The translations under genes and the position numbers were made by a program. Positions 1 to 10,808 of a stretch of DNA of 64,000 bases are shown piece by piece. Within the stretch, counting starts at the first letter, position 1, and each line of letters begins with the position of its first letter. This stretch comes from Callorhinchus milii (taxonomy: Eukaryota): the NCBI RefSeq assembly GCF_018977255.1, contig NW_024704743.1:20276001-20340000 (forward strand). Reading direction: 5' to 3'. The notes beneath the pieces are model-generated. The model saw only the letters and a list, made by a program, of their open reading frames with translations, had not been told where the DNA came from and searched no databases.

Positions 1-1647
1 ACAAGATATAATACTCTGTGTATATTTTAAATTCTATCTTATTCAGTTGAAACTGAAGAAATGTAACACATCAACATGCGTGAGTAAATCTTAACCATTT
101 AAAACGTAATAATTGTAAAAACAACAGCAGTCCGCATTTTAAACCTGGGATCAAATTCTGAAAACAAAACTCCTCAAAATAGTCACCAAAATGTCCTATA
201 ATTATTTGGGGATCGCTTACACAACAGTATTAAAAACTACCCGTAATTGTGGGACTTTTTTAAATAATCAAAAGGGAATTTGAGAGCCTCATTGTTACTC
301 ATTATAAATAATCAAACCACCAAACTACAAAAGGGATCATCATATTGGAACCCAAACCTTTTTCTTCTAGAATAAAATCAGAGTAAAATTATAGTTCTGA
401 ACCCTCAAGCACATAAGTTCTAACCAAAAACAGATTATAAATACGTTTCACAATCTTGAAATTTTGCAGGAAAAGGATCAATAAAGTAGGACAGTAATTG
501 TTGCTCAAACAGGATAATTTTACATGTTGCTTATAACCTTGAAATTCAATACAAAAAGAATGCAAATCTATTTTCTATTCACATTTAAAGAGTTCCTAAT
601 GGATCTTTTTGAAAGGATCGAGTTATCAAACAAATATTCATTGATACAGTATTTGACTCATTGGGTTTCTTGGGTAAGAGCATTTAAACAAGGGCTACAT
701 TTTCTTGAAAATGTTGGTATTTATTCTGTAAAACCAAAGGCTGTAGTTGCAATTCATCAGCTGATAAAATCCTTGCCCAGTTTACACTGCCGATCAGATT
801 ATATTTGGACTCCATTGATCTGAACTGACTTCGATCTCTCTAATGTTTACACTGCACCTTTGCCCTAAACCGGGGTCACATCACACAGTATCAAATTACA
901 GTCCAGCATATGTGCTTAATGCAAAGTGGGGCCACAGTGGAGCACGGATTCAAATGAGACGTGTTTATATCGGCTGAATTTCAATTTAGTCACTCTGGAG
1001 CACTTTTAAACTGCCATTAAGGTTGAGAGCTTCTACTTCAAACATCTCAGTAAATAGTCTTAGTCGTAGTTTAATGTAAATTAATCAGTTAACTCCAGCA
1101 ATAAACTAAATGAAACATTTTATGTATACAAGTGCAATTATCAAGTTCAAACTGATGTATGAATTAGTACTGGTTTGATCACAGAATTTAATGTAAACCA
1201 ATACAATATTCGATTTCATCTTATCTAAAATATGCCCATGTGGTACAACCTAAGTAGCGAGAAGAAGAATTATTTTTAGAAAAGCAATTCTGTTTAAGTA
1301 GACATGCAAAATATTTTATTTATATTACAATTTTCGTTGGAGGTATTTTTTAAAACGGCAGAAAATTGTCCATTGGCAAATAGATTGGTTGGTACTACTG
1401 TAGACAATTAAAGGATTCCAACTCAAGGTAGCAAAATAATCAGTTAACTAATATAGTATTTAATAAGGTCCAAATAATAATGTCATTTTACAAACTTCTA
1501 TTTTGGAAAGTGGAAAGATTTCACCATTGGTTAATTAGCTATGTGGAAGCAAAAATTCACATTTATGTAGCATTCTAGACTGGGTTACATGCAACACAGA
1601 CCCAATTCGTTATGAATTTGAGTCAAGCTATTTTTTTCAATGATGTA

Positions 1648-1770
1648 ATAATAACCCTTGCATTTGATATAGCGCCTTATCACGACTTCAAGACATCTCA
1701 ACCCGCTTCACAGAATATGCTGTAAAATGAATTGACTGTATATTTTGTGGGCAAAATATTTTGTGGGATA
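1648..1770 (-). mobile_element. SINE 3' fragment (L2-type tail, (ATT)n end)
   Basis: ataataacccttgcatttgatatagcgccttatcacg...tcacagaatat matches the 3' end of the full SINEs at 6425 and 9343. Confidence 0.85.
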
Positions 1771-2469
1771 TTTTTCTAAAAAGAATATCCAGCATAAAAA
1801 AAAGCCGCCTAAAACTATATGAATACAGCTAAAGAACATCCAAAACTTTGTGCTCTTCAGGAAGTATCGCAGTATGGTATAATCAGCCAGTAACTAGTTA
1901 ACCAGGGACAGCCACAATTCTGTTAAACCAGAATGGCTGCAATCCATCCTGAGTGATTAATTAAGAATTCCAGAGCAACAGCTAACTGAGTCTCCAGACA
2001 GAATGAATAAATACTGAAACACAAATGGTTTAAAAGCAAGAATTACTGAACACAAGTTTTCAAAGTTTTCTTTGCATGAACAGATTGTCTCTGGTTTAAT
2101 GCATAGCTATTTGCTGTCAATTGAATGCATAAGCATGCTGTTTTATGGTTGAAAACCAAGCAGCTCCCAATTTTGTTTTGTAACCAGGACGCCAAAAAAC
2201 TACTCCTACAATACATCAAAGTAATAGCAGATGCCACATGGCAAAGGGACAGCTGTCATTTCCACACCAGTATTCCAATGTGACAGTAGTGTTCAGATAT
2301 GTGACATACGCCCAATTAAATGCTTCCAGAATACTGTACCTCTACTGGATTTACATTCACTTCAAATGTCTCAATCAAATGTGTTGCCTACTACATTATT
2401 AGATGATTTAAAAATGTCCCACAAAGTTACGCCAACAGCACAATAGTCTGTTTAAAAAAAATGGACATG

Positions 2470-2625
2470 ACTGTTTGTGGGACACTGCTGTATGCACTTG
2501 GCTGCCATATTTCCCCCACAAATACACAATCAATCCACTTTACAATGTATTCTGTGAAGCGCTATGAAACATCTCAATAACATAATAATGTGCTGTATCA
2601 AATGCAAAGATTAGTATTATTATTA
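2470..2625 (+). mobile_element. SINE 3' fragment
   Basis: gtttgtgggacactgctgt...gtgaagcgct...aatgcaaagattagtattatt. Confidence 0.8.
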
Positions 2626-2924
2626 ACGTTGTCTAATGTTACATAACACATCTGTTGCCCATCTCATCAAACAACTAAGGGAAAGGGAAGAACACACTTA
2701 TCCCACTGGGGATACTATAATTTTTATTTGAAAGTGATGGATCCACAGAATTGAACCACCGCAAGATTCACACCTTAAGGACACAAGGAAAGGCTGATTC
2801 AAGGTGAGGTATACTTGGCAACAGAATGTCGGAATCAAATGCACCCTCTGTGGCGGTTTCAGTCGTCCAGTTCCTGAGCCAGGCGGGTCTGCAATACTCC
2901 AGAGCACAGCTGTTGACAGACAGT

Positions 2925-3480
2925 CTAGTTTGGAAAATCTTAAGCATGGTGATGGGTTTCTGTATGTGTCAAATACCCAGCTGATTAAAGAAAAATGAGG
3001 GGAGGGAAAGAGGAAAGGGGGCTCAATTCAATTCATAAATTAGTTCACTTCTGTAAACTTTGCTGCAATAGGTTGAAAAATAATACTATAACAATCCTGC
3101 TTAATGTGAACAAAACTTTAAACAGAATACTATATGGCAAGTATAGCATTTTTCTTGTCAGCCGGTGTCAGACACGCATGGAAACCTATCATGATGTTTA
3201 AGAGTATCCACACCAGGGAAGGCTCCACATATGTATGCCACTTACACATGGAAGTTTCCCTGTGTCTGCAATCGAATGCACACTTTCCCTAGAAGAACAT
3301 AAACAACCTTGCCTAATTTGAGAGTGTTTGCCACAGGGTGGCAAGAGCCAAGGCTTGGAGAACCCAAAACATCAGTTGGGGTAACTGCTGGAGTTTTTTT
3401 TTGGTCAGCCAGGCAACTGACAGATGCAGATGCAGAAACCCATCACTATGCTTAAATCCGACTCAACAGAGTTCCTATGC
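2925..3480. repeat. Cluster of three copies of an unclassified interspersed repeat: ~2925-2997 (+), ~3147-3394 (-), ~3395-3480 (-)
   Basis: Shared motif tggatactcttaagcatggtgatgggtttc...gtgtc...cc(g/a)gctgac followed by an A-run; also at 32150-32404 and 37470-37685. Confidence 0.7.
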
Positions 3481-4512
3481 ATAACATAGAAATTCCCGAC
3501 ATATAACCAGAATTCTAACCAGCTAGAACCACACATTGCTTGCCATTGAAAACACCGAATGACAAGCTTCCTGCTGCTCCTACAAGTTCCCCTGACTGTC
3601 ATCGGCAATGCCCAGGAGTAATTTTCTCCATGCTCAATTCACTGTTGAAAGAAAGGTTTTCTAACTTCCCCTTTAATTATAGCTACTTCCCTCGTTAGTT
3701 CCATCATTTCTATAACTGTGATGCTCATGTCTGCTCTTTGCTTCTGTTTTCTGATAACCAGACCTATAAAGTATGACGACTAACAGATTTTTAATGCAAT
3801 TATGTGATCCATATTAATGATATGGAACCCAGTTAACATAGAATTAAAATAATTGGAACTGAAAAATATAGGGAGCAGACATCAATTTCAAAACCCACAG
3901 ATTTCTACTTGTACATGGAAATCAATCCACTCAGTTTTGTTAAGTTTCATCAAAATTATGCTTGCAGAAAATTACTTTGTTCCAATCCACCCATTGGAGA
4001 ATTCTCGATTTTATGTAAAAAAAACTCATTTGTTTTCAGGCAAATTAAACAAATTTGCAATTTTTTTAAAAAAGCTGAGAAAATCAAAGACCATCATTTC
4101 AATACACAGTTGTTTCATCCAAACATACAGTCAATTCATTTTACAGTGTATTACTGGTTAATCATATAAAAGAGAGAATCAACAACAGAAATTTAGCAAT
4201 ATAACTTTTAACTAGTTGCGCAAACCAGATTGGCATGATATCCAGTGTCTAGGCAAGCAACTACTGTAGTTTGATTATATTCCAGTTTAAAGAACCATGA
4301 ATCATTCACAAGTGCTCAAGATGAGAACCTCCTAGGTTGCCCTTTGATCTAGCCACAACTACAATTTATAGGACCAAGCTCTGGAAATTACCTAAAATTG
4401 AAGAATTATTAAAATCTATTGAAAGGATTAAAAGCAAATTACTTCATATAACTTCAAATTGAATCCATATTTACATAATTAAAAATCTAAGTGCATCATG
4501 AAAGAAAAATAT

Positions 4513-5120
4513 CAACAACCAAAATTACATTTGTATAACGCCTTTTACATCAGGAGGACGTCCCAAGGCGCTGGGCAGTCAGTGTTTCGGACCCGAGCTG
4601 GAGGCCGGGATCAGGGAGGGCAGGAGGGGAAGGAGGGTGATCGAAGGCACAGTCAAAGACAAAGGGTGAGGGTGGGGGCAGAGTGGGGGCAGACAAAGGT
4701 CCCATAGGGTGGGGTCAGAGTGGCAGAAGCTGACCCGCCAATGGTGGGGCGAGCGAGACGGGGGATGTGAAGTAGGCCGGAGCACGCTGAACGGAGAGCG
4801 CGGGCAGGTTGGTAGGGGGTTAGGAGGTGGCAGAGGTATAGGGGTGAGCAAGACCATGGAGGGCTTTGAAGGTGAGGACCAGAATCTTGAACTGTATCCT
4901 CTGTGTGATGGGAAGCCAGTGGAGTTGGGCAAGGAAGGGTGTGATAGGGTCACGGAGCCTGGTGAGGGAGAGGACAAGGCTGCAGAGGTCTGGATGATCT
5001 GTAGCCTATGGAAGGAGGAGTTGGGGAGGCCGACAAGCAGGGAGTTTGCATAGTCAAACCTGGATGTCATGAATGTGTGTTTGAGGGTTTTCGGTGGCCT
5101 GCAGTGTGAGACAGTAGCGG
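4513..5120 (-). mobile_element. L2 LINE 3' fragment (RT C-terminal region plus tail)
   Basis: Minus-strand translation [26 protein letters not shown]...HWLP..RIQFK; tail cgccttgggacgtcctcctgatgtaaaaggcgttatacaaatgtaat..gttg. Confidence 0.9.
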
Positions 5121-5439
5121 ATAAAAAATGTCATACTTCAGTAAAAGAATTCTAAATGCACAAGAAATGAACATCCTTCTAAACATAGATACATCAGGAG
5201 ATGTCGGTTTTGTACTTTTAACTTATAAAAATCAATAAGTTTAAAATTTCCAGAGAAACATAACTTTTGTACAATATATCTTCAAAGGACTGAACAATGT
5301 GTTTGGATATTCATTACCTATTTCATAGCACCATAAATAAATAAATTCAGCAGTAGCAAATGGACCAGATATAGAAATGCAGAATAGCAACGATGCCACT
5401 TAGTTACAAATTTACACACTTAAATCAGGTGTTTGAAAG

Positions 5440-5945
5440 ATCACCATCCTTCAAACTCCGCTGTCTGCATTCTCACCCGCATCAATCTTCATACCGTGAT
5501 TACTCCTGTCCTTGCCAAACTCCAATGGCTCCCTGTCACAGAGCAGATCGACTTAAAGATCCTCACTCTAGTGTTTAAATCCCTCCATTCCTTGGCACCC
5601 CCCCTATCTCTCTGACCTCCTCTCTCCCTACACCAGTACCCGCTGCCTCCGCTTTACTGGGTCCAGCCTCCTCCGTGTCCCCCAAATCCTCTGCTCCACC
5701 ATCGGCGGCCGTGCCTTCAGCCACTATGCCCTGAAACTTTGGAACTCGATCCCTCAACCCCTTTGCCTCAGCCCCTCCTTCCCCATCTTCAGGTCATGCC
5801 TGAAGACCTTCCTCTTAGACCGCGCCTACAGTCACCTTCCCCCTCCCCCTGGCTCGGCCTCGAGCTCCACCATTGTTAAGCGCTCTGAGATGTCACCCGG
5901 CGTGGAGGGAGCTATATAAATGCAAGCTGTTGTCTTATTATTATT
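5440..5945 (+). mobile_element. L2 LINE 3' fragment (subfamily with gttaagcgctctgaga tail)
   Basis: ITPVLAKLQWLPVTEQIDLKILTLVFKSLHSLAPP, typical of the L2 ORF2 C-terminus. Confidence 0.9.
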
Positions 5946-6424
5946 ATAAATACATGCTTGCCAGCAGTTATGTTTTCAAATCTCTCATTGCTGCATTACT
6001 GAACAATAAAACAACCGTACACGATTTCCAGATTTGTATTATTGAATGTTTAGAAGTTTTACTAACTCTAAATAACAAACTGAATTACTTCAAGAGTTTG
6101 AGCAACAATGTCTAAAACAATAGTCAGGTAATCCATAGCAGGATTTTAGTGAAACTCTCAGTACATTATTTACCGTTTGCCAAGAGCTCTCATATTTCAA
6201 AGAACTCCAGATGTAATGCCCAGGGAGGAATACTGCAGGTGGTAGTGGTGAAATATTAAGTACCAAAAGAGCCCACAGGTGTACACATGAAAACACACAA
6301 AGACTCATAAAAGGAAGGCTGCAAAATTTAAAAACAAAATGTGTTGCTGTAATATATTGGACAGGGGACAGTTAAGAGGGGGCAGGAAACATACATGCAC
6401 ATCGTCTTCAATTAGACTTACCTC

Positions 6425-6791
6425 ATAATAATAATAATCTCTGCATTTGAAATTATCACGTCTTCTAGATGTTTCAAAGTGCTTCACAGAATATACTGTT
6501 AAGTGAACTGACTGTATGTTTTGTGGGCAAAATACGACAGCTAATTGCGCACAGCAGTGTCCCACAAATAGTTGTGGATTAAGCGACCAAATTATTACTT
6601 TTTTTTAAAGAATTATTACCCCCCGAAAATGCAATCTGACAATCGACTAACAACCAGGTTCCTACTTACTGCTAGGTAAACAGAGGCGTGTGGAGTAAGG
6701 AAACTTGTTCAACGTTTCCCTGACGGGAATCAAACCGGGGTCCTCTTGCTTTGCGAAGCGAGTGCTCTAACCACTACGCTACAGGACTCCA
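6425..6791 (-). mobile_element. Full-length tRNA-derived SINE with L2-type 3' tail
   Basis: Minus strand begins ggagtcctgTAGCGTAGTGGttagagcac (A box) ... GGTTTGATTCCC (B box); ends aatgcagagattattattatt; second full copy at 9343-9687. Confidence 0.9.
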
Positions 6792-6929
6792 CTTCTAGGC
6801 AAGAAATACTTGCCTAGAAGCAAGAAAAAACATTAAGATTGTGAATCATTCTAACATGTCTCCTGAAATATTAGGCCTGAAATGCCACCTATTTTTAGCT
6901 ATTTTATCTTAAAATATCATTTTAACCAC

Positions 6930-7058
6930 AAAGATAGTCAATTCACTTTACAGTATATTCTGTGAAGCACTTTGAGACGTCTTGAAGATGTAATAATAAT
7001 AATAATGATAATCCTTGCATTTGATATAGCGCTTTTCACGTCAGGAGGACGTCCCAAA
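6930..7058. mobile_element. Two SINE 3' ends abutting tail-to-tail
   Basis: + strand agtcaattcactttacagtatattctgtgaagcactttgagacgtc, then (aat)n and a minus-strand tail atccttgcatttgatatagcgcttttcacgtcaggaggacgtccc. Confidence 0.75.
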
Positions 7059-7329
7059 GTAATAGGCACTCCATCAAAGATTATTATCGTAAACTCAGTC
7101 ATAATTTGGAAACAGGTTTCTATTCATTCTCAACATGAACTGGCTTCCAAATTTAAGATTTCTCCAATTCTACACCATCTTTATTTTTTTTTNAAAAAAG
7201 TGTTTTACAGCTAGGACATTTAGAAATTTTAAGCCTATTATGCACAGAAAATAAATGCATGTAAATATGTATTATTCACTGGCTATGGTAAATGTAAATG
7301 ACTTGTATAGGGAGTGGAAGGAAAGGACA

Positions 7330-7920
7330 AGAAAGTACTTTGATTTATATAGCGCCATTCACAAAATAAAAGTTTTAAAGCACTCTACAGAAACCAAGTG
7401 GAAGATTAAGCAAGGTGGGAGGTAAGGGGGCTAAGCGGGAGATGGCTTAAGATATAATTTAAAAGGTAGGATTTTAGTAAGATTTTGAAAGCATAGAGGA
7501 AGGGTGCGAGGCTGAGGGATTTAGAGAGGAAGTTACAGTGCACTCACAGGGCAAAGTGGCTGAAAAGCTTCCCCATCGATGATGGGCAGAGGATGTGAAA
7601 CAAGCCCAAGTTAAGAGAGCAGAGTGTAGTCAGGGGAGTAGGACTCCACAAGATTGGATAGGGTGGGGCAAGAGCATGACATACCTGAATTAGAAAAAGG
7701 ATTATGAAGTTAATCTGCTGAGAATAGGGAGCCAGTGCATCTTAAGAGTTATTTGATGGGAGTCTAATGTAGGAAAGGATATGACTATGGAGTTTTCAAT
7801 CACCTGAAGCTCATGGAGGGTTGACTGAGGAAGGCCAGGAAGAAAGGCATTGGAGAAATCAAGTCTGAAGGTACGATGTGAAGGAGCATTTTGGCTGCTT
7901 TGTGAGCAAGATAGGGACAA
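7330..7920 (-). mobile_element. Old, diverged L2 LINE 3' fragment
   Basis: Minus-strand RLDFSNAFLPGLPQSTLHELQVIEN...MHWLPILSR. Confidence 0.8.
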
Positions 7921-7949
7921 TAGTAAGTGATGTTACATATAAACTGTAT

Positions 7950-8456
7950 TCCTAACTCTTCCCTCCACAAGTGCGGATCATCCAGAACTATGCAGCTTGT
8001 GTCCTCTCCCGCACCAGGCTCCACGACCCTATCACCCCGACCCTCGCCTGGCTCTACTGGCTCCCTTGCCCCCAGAGGATAAAGTTCAAAATCTTTGTCC
8101 TCGCCTTCAAAGCCCTCCACAACCTTCCTCCTCCCTACCTCTGTGACTTGTCCGCTCCCTCCACTCAGCAGGCTCCAGCCTGCTCCACATAGCCCACCCA
8201 TCTCGTCCCAATGTTGACAGTCGGATCTTCAGCTTCTCTGCCCCCAAACCTTTGGAAGATTCTGCAGTTGCTCCCTTCACCTTGCCTCCTTCAAGACCCT
8301 TCTCTTCGACCTTGCCTTCGGTCACCTTCCAACCCCTAACCTCCACCTCTCCTGATCTCAACCCCCCAGCTCAGGTCCAAATCTCTAACTGTCCAGCACC
8401 TTGGGACATCCTCCCGACATGAAAGGCGCTACACAAACGTAATTTGTTGTTGTTGT
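7950..8456 (+). mobile_element. L2 LINE 3' fragment
   Basis: IIQNYAACVLSRTRLHDPITPTLAWLYWLPCPQRIKFKIFVLAFKALH; (gtt)n tail at ~8445. Confidence 0.9.
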
Positions 8457-8879
8457 ATAACAACATATGTATAATATATTGTAGATTAATATGTTGTTGA
8501 TAGTCATAGTATTATCTTTATTGATGACTACCACTTCTTTTTCAAATAATGTGGAAAGAAACATCACAGGGTTTGCAGCCATTGAATACAAGAGTGAAAA
8601 ACATCTCTTTATGCTCTTTTTTATAGTACAGAGATAAGTGAAGTTCAAATGGAAAAACAGCATTGCGATGTCATGTGGCCTTTTTTGTTCAGGTGATGAT
8701 AACTTGCTGCATGAAGCCACGGGAGATGCAATCCTTAAAGGGTGTAGGTAAATTTTCCATTGAGAAAATAAAATTTTTCTTTAAGGGATACAGAAGCTGC
8801 TATCCCATATCAAGAGGCAGAGTTTGGTGTGTCTCAAGAGATTTTCAAGGCAGCAGCACCACATTTATTTTACAGTACC

Positions 8880-9196
8880 GTTCATCAGGCTCCGGCCTGC
8901 TCCATGTCTCCCGCCTGACCCACCCTACCATCGGTGGCCGGGCTTTCAGCCTCTCTGCCCCCACACTCTGGAACTCCATCCCACGGTCCCTTCGCCTCGC
9001 TCCCTCCCTTGCCTCCTTCAAGGCCGGTCTCAAGACCCTTCTCTTCGACCGTGCCTTTGGTCTCCCTTCCACCTCTGTCTTCCCTCACCCCTACACCACC
9101 CCTCCCTCATGCCCGGGCCCCGACACCTGACTGTTCAGCGTTTTGGGACGTCCTCCCGACATGAAAAGCGCTCTATAAATGTAATTTTGTTGTTGT
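8880..9196 (+). mobile_element. L2 LINE 3' fragment
   Basis: [40 protein letters not shown]; tail gggacgtcctcccgacatgaaaagcgctctataaatgtaattttgttgttg. Confidence 0.9.
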
Positions 9197-9342
9197 AGGA
9201 CTGTTTCGGACATCAGAGCTATAAGTGAGAGTGTAATCATTTGATTTAATCTCCTGTAGAAAATTCGGTAAGAATCTCAGTATGTTCACACTGACTACCT
9301 TCCTTCAAATTAGATTGCACTTGACGACAGAATAATCCTTGT

Positions 9343-9687
9343 AGTAATAATCCTTGCATTTTGATATAGCGTTTTATCACTTGTTCGAGACGTCCCAAAT
9401 CGCTTCACAGAATATATTGTAAAGTGAATTTACTGCATATTTTGTGCACGCCACCAATTGCGCACAGCAATGTCTCACAAACAGTCGTGGATTGAGTAAC
9501 CAATTCATTATTTTTTTTAAAGGAATAGCAATCTGCCAATCGACTAACAACAGGTTCCTACTTACTGCTCGGTGAACAGAGGGACGTGCAGTAAAGAAAC
9601 TTGCTCAATATTTCACCCTGCCGAGAATCGAACCCAGGTTTCTCGCTTGCAAGGCGAGTGCTCTAACAACTGAGCTACAGGACTCCA
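9343..9687 (-). mobile_element. Full-length tRNA-derived SINE (same family as 6425-6791)
   Basis: ggagtcctgTAGCTCAGTTGttagagcactcgcc...GGTTCGATTCTC; colinear with the 6425 copy throughout. Confidence 0.9.
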
Positions 9688-10199
9688 CAGCAATGGGATC
9701 AAGTACATCTGGTTCAAATATCAGAAACGGACATACGGTGGTAGATGACATCACGTCTTACACAGCTGTGCAGCACAACACCAGTATTAAAAAGTGTCCC
9801 AAGGAGAGGAGTTACCAAGGTTGTCAGAGTTTTCAGAGTTTGATCTGTTGTAGATTTGTTGTAGAAGTTAAACCCTAGTCACCACAAATCAAACACCTCT
9901 TGCAGAGCGAATACAAATCTAGGACATAGAGGGAAGAGCTTTTGCATCAGGCCAACTGTCAAGCAGCTGTAAAGTTACATCAGATAAGAATATTATGTTG
10001 AAGAGTGAATAGGAGAATTATTGCAATCATGTAGTCTTATTCTCAGCAACTAAAACATTTTTAAAGTTCAAAAATCAAAATTTAACTTTTACTGTCTTGA
10101 ATTTGTTTCATACAGTATTGATGATGATTTGTGCAATTTGCTTATGTAGAAAATTGATTCAATTTTATAGCTAAGGTCATACTATGTCTGCCAAAAAAA

Positions 10200-10808
10200 C
10201 AGTAAAACTCACATAAGTCTTATCTTTATAAATTGTATAATTGCCTAAGTCATACATGCACCTGAGTTCCATTCAGTTTCCTACCAAAAACTGCTTAGAT
10301 ATCTTTGCGCTAGTCATATTTTACTAGTTGTCTAAATGGTTACATTGTAACATTTCTTGGTAGCAAATAATCCTAAACTCTATGCAAATTATCTCCTAAC
10401 TCGTAACACCGCTTCCGCACTTACTGGCTGCATTGAATCTCGGGAAACAAAGTTTTGACCCTTAACTGCATGCGCTCTGAGACTACATTGAAACACTGAA
10501 CATAGTGTCTTGCCCTGTAACCACATGCTCACTTACCTACTGCATTGAAGTATGCAGGCGCAGGGTTTCGTTTGAAACAAGCGTGAAAAGCGAGGTCTTG
10601 ACCCGTCACCACATGTGCATTTACCAGCTGCGGTGATGAAGTACCGTATGCAGTGTTCTCCTCTGAAACCAGTGCAGGAAATGTGCTACTTGTTTATTGT
10701 TATGTCTTATTCGTATAAAATCTGACTTATACAAGTTTGCCTGTAACTCATACTTTGCTTAAGTCATATTAAATGTTACGACCCCAATTGATTATGTAAC
10801 TTTTACTG
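10200..10808 (+). mobile_element. Non-autonomous DNA transposon (MITE), Tc1/mariner-pogo(Tigger)-like
   Basis: Terminal inverted repeats cagtaaaactcacataa / ttatgtaacttttactg followed by TA; internal tandem subrepeats; second copy inverted at 40829-41285. Confidence 0.75.

Noticed and set aside
775..975. Harbinger-like MITE beginning gcccagtttacactg
   Set aside because: gtttacactgc occurs twice, but I could not identify a matching opposite TIR or a second copy.
6715..6791. tRNA gene (also 9615-9687 and ~50110-50180)
   Set aside because: The A/B boxes are SINE heads continuing into SINE bodies; there is no complete acceptor stem or terminator.
10410..10690. CRISPR-like repeat-spacer array
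   Set aside because: The repeats are degenerate, irregularly spaced, internal to a TIR element and in a vertebrate intron.
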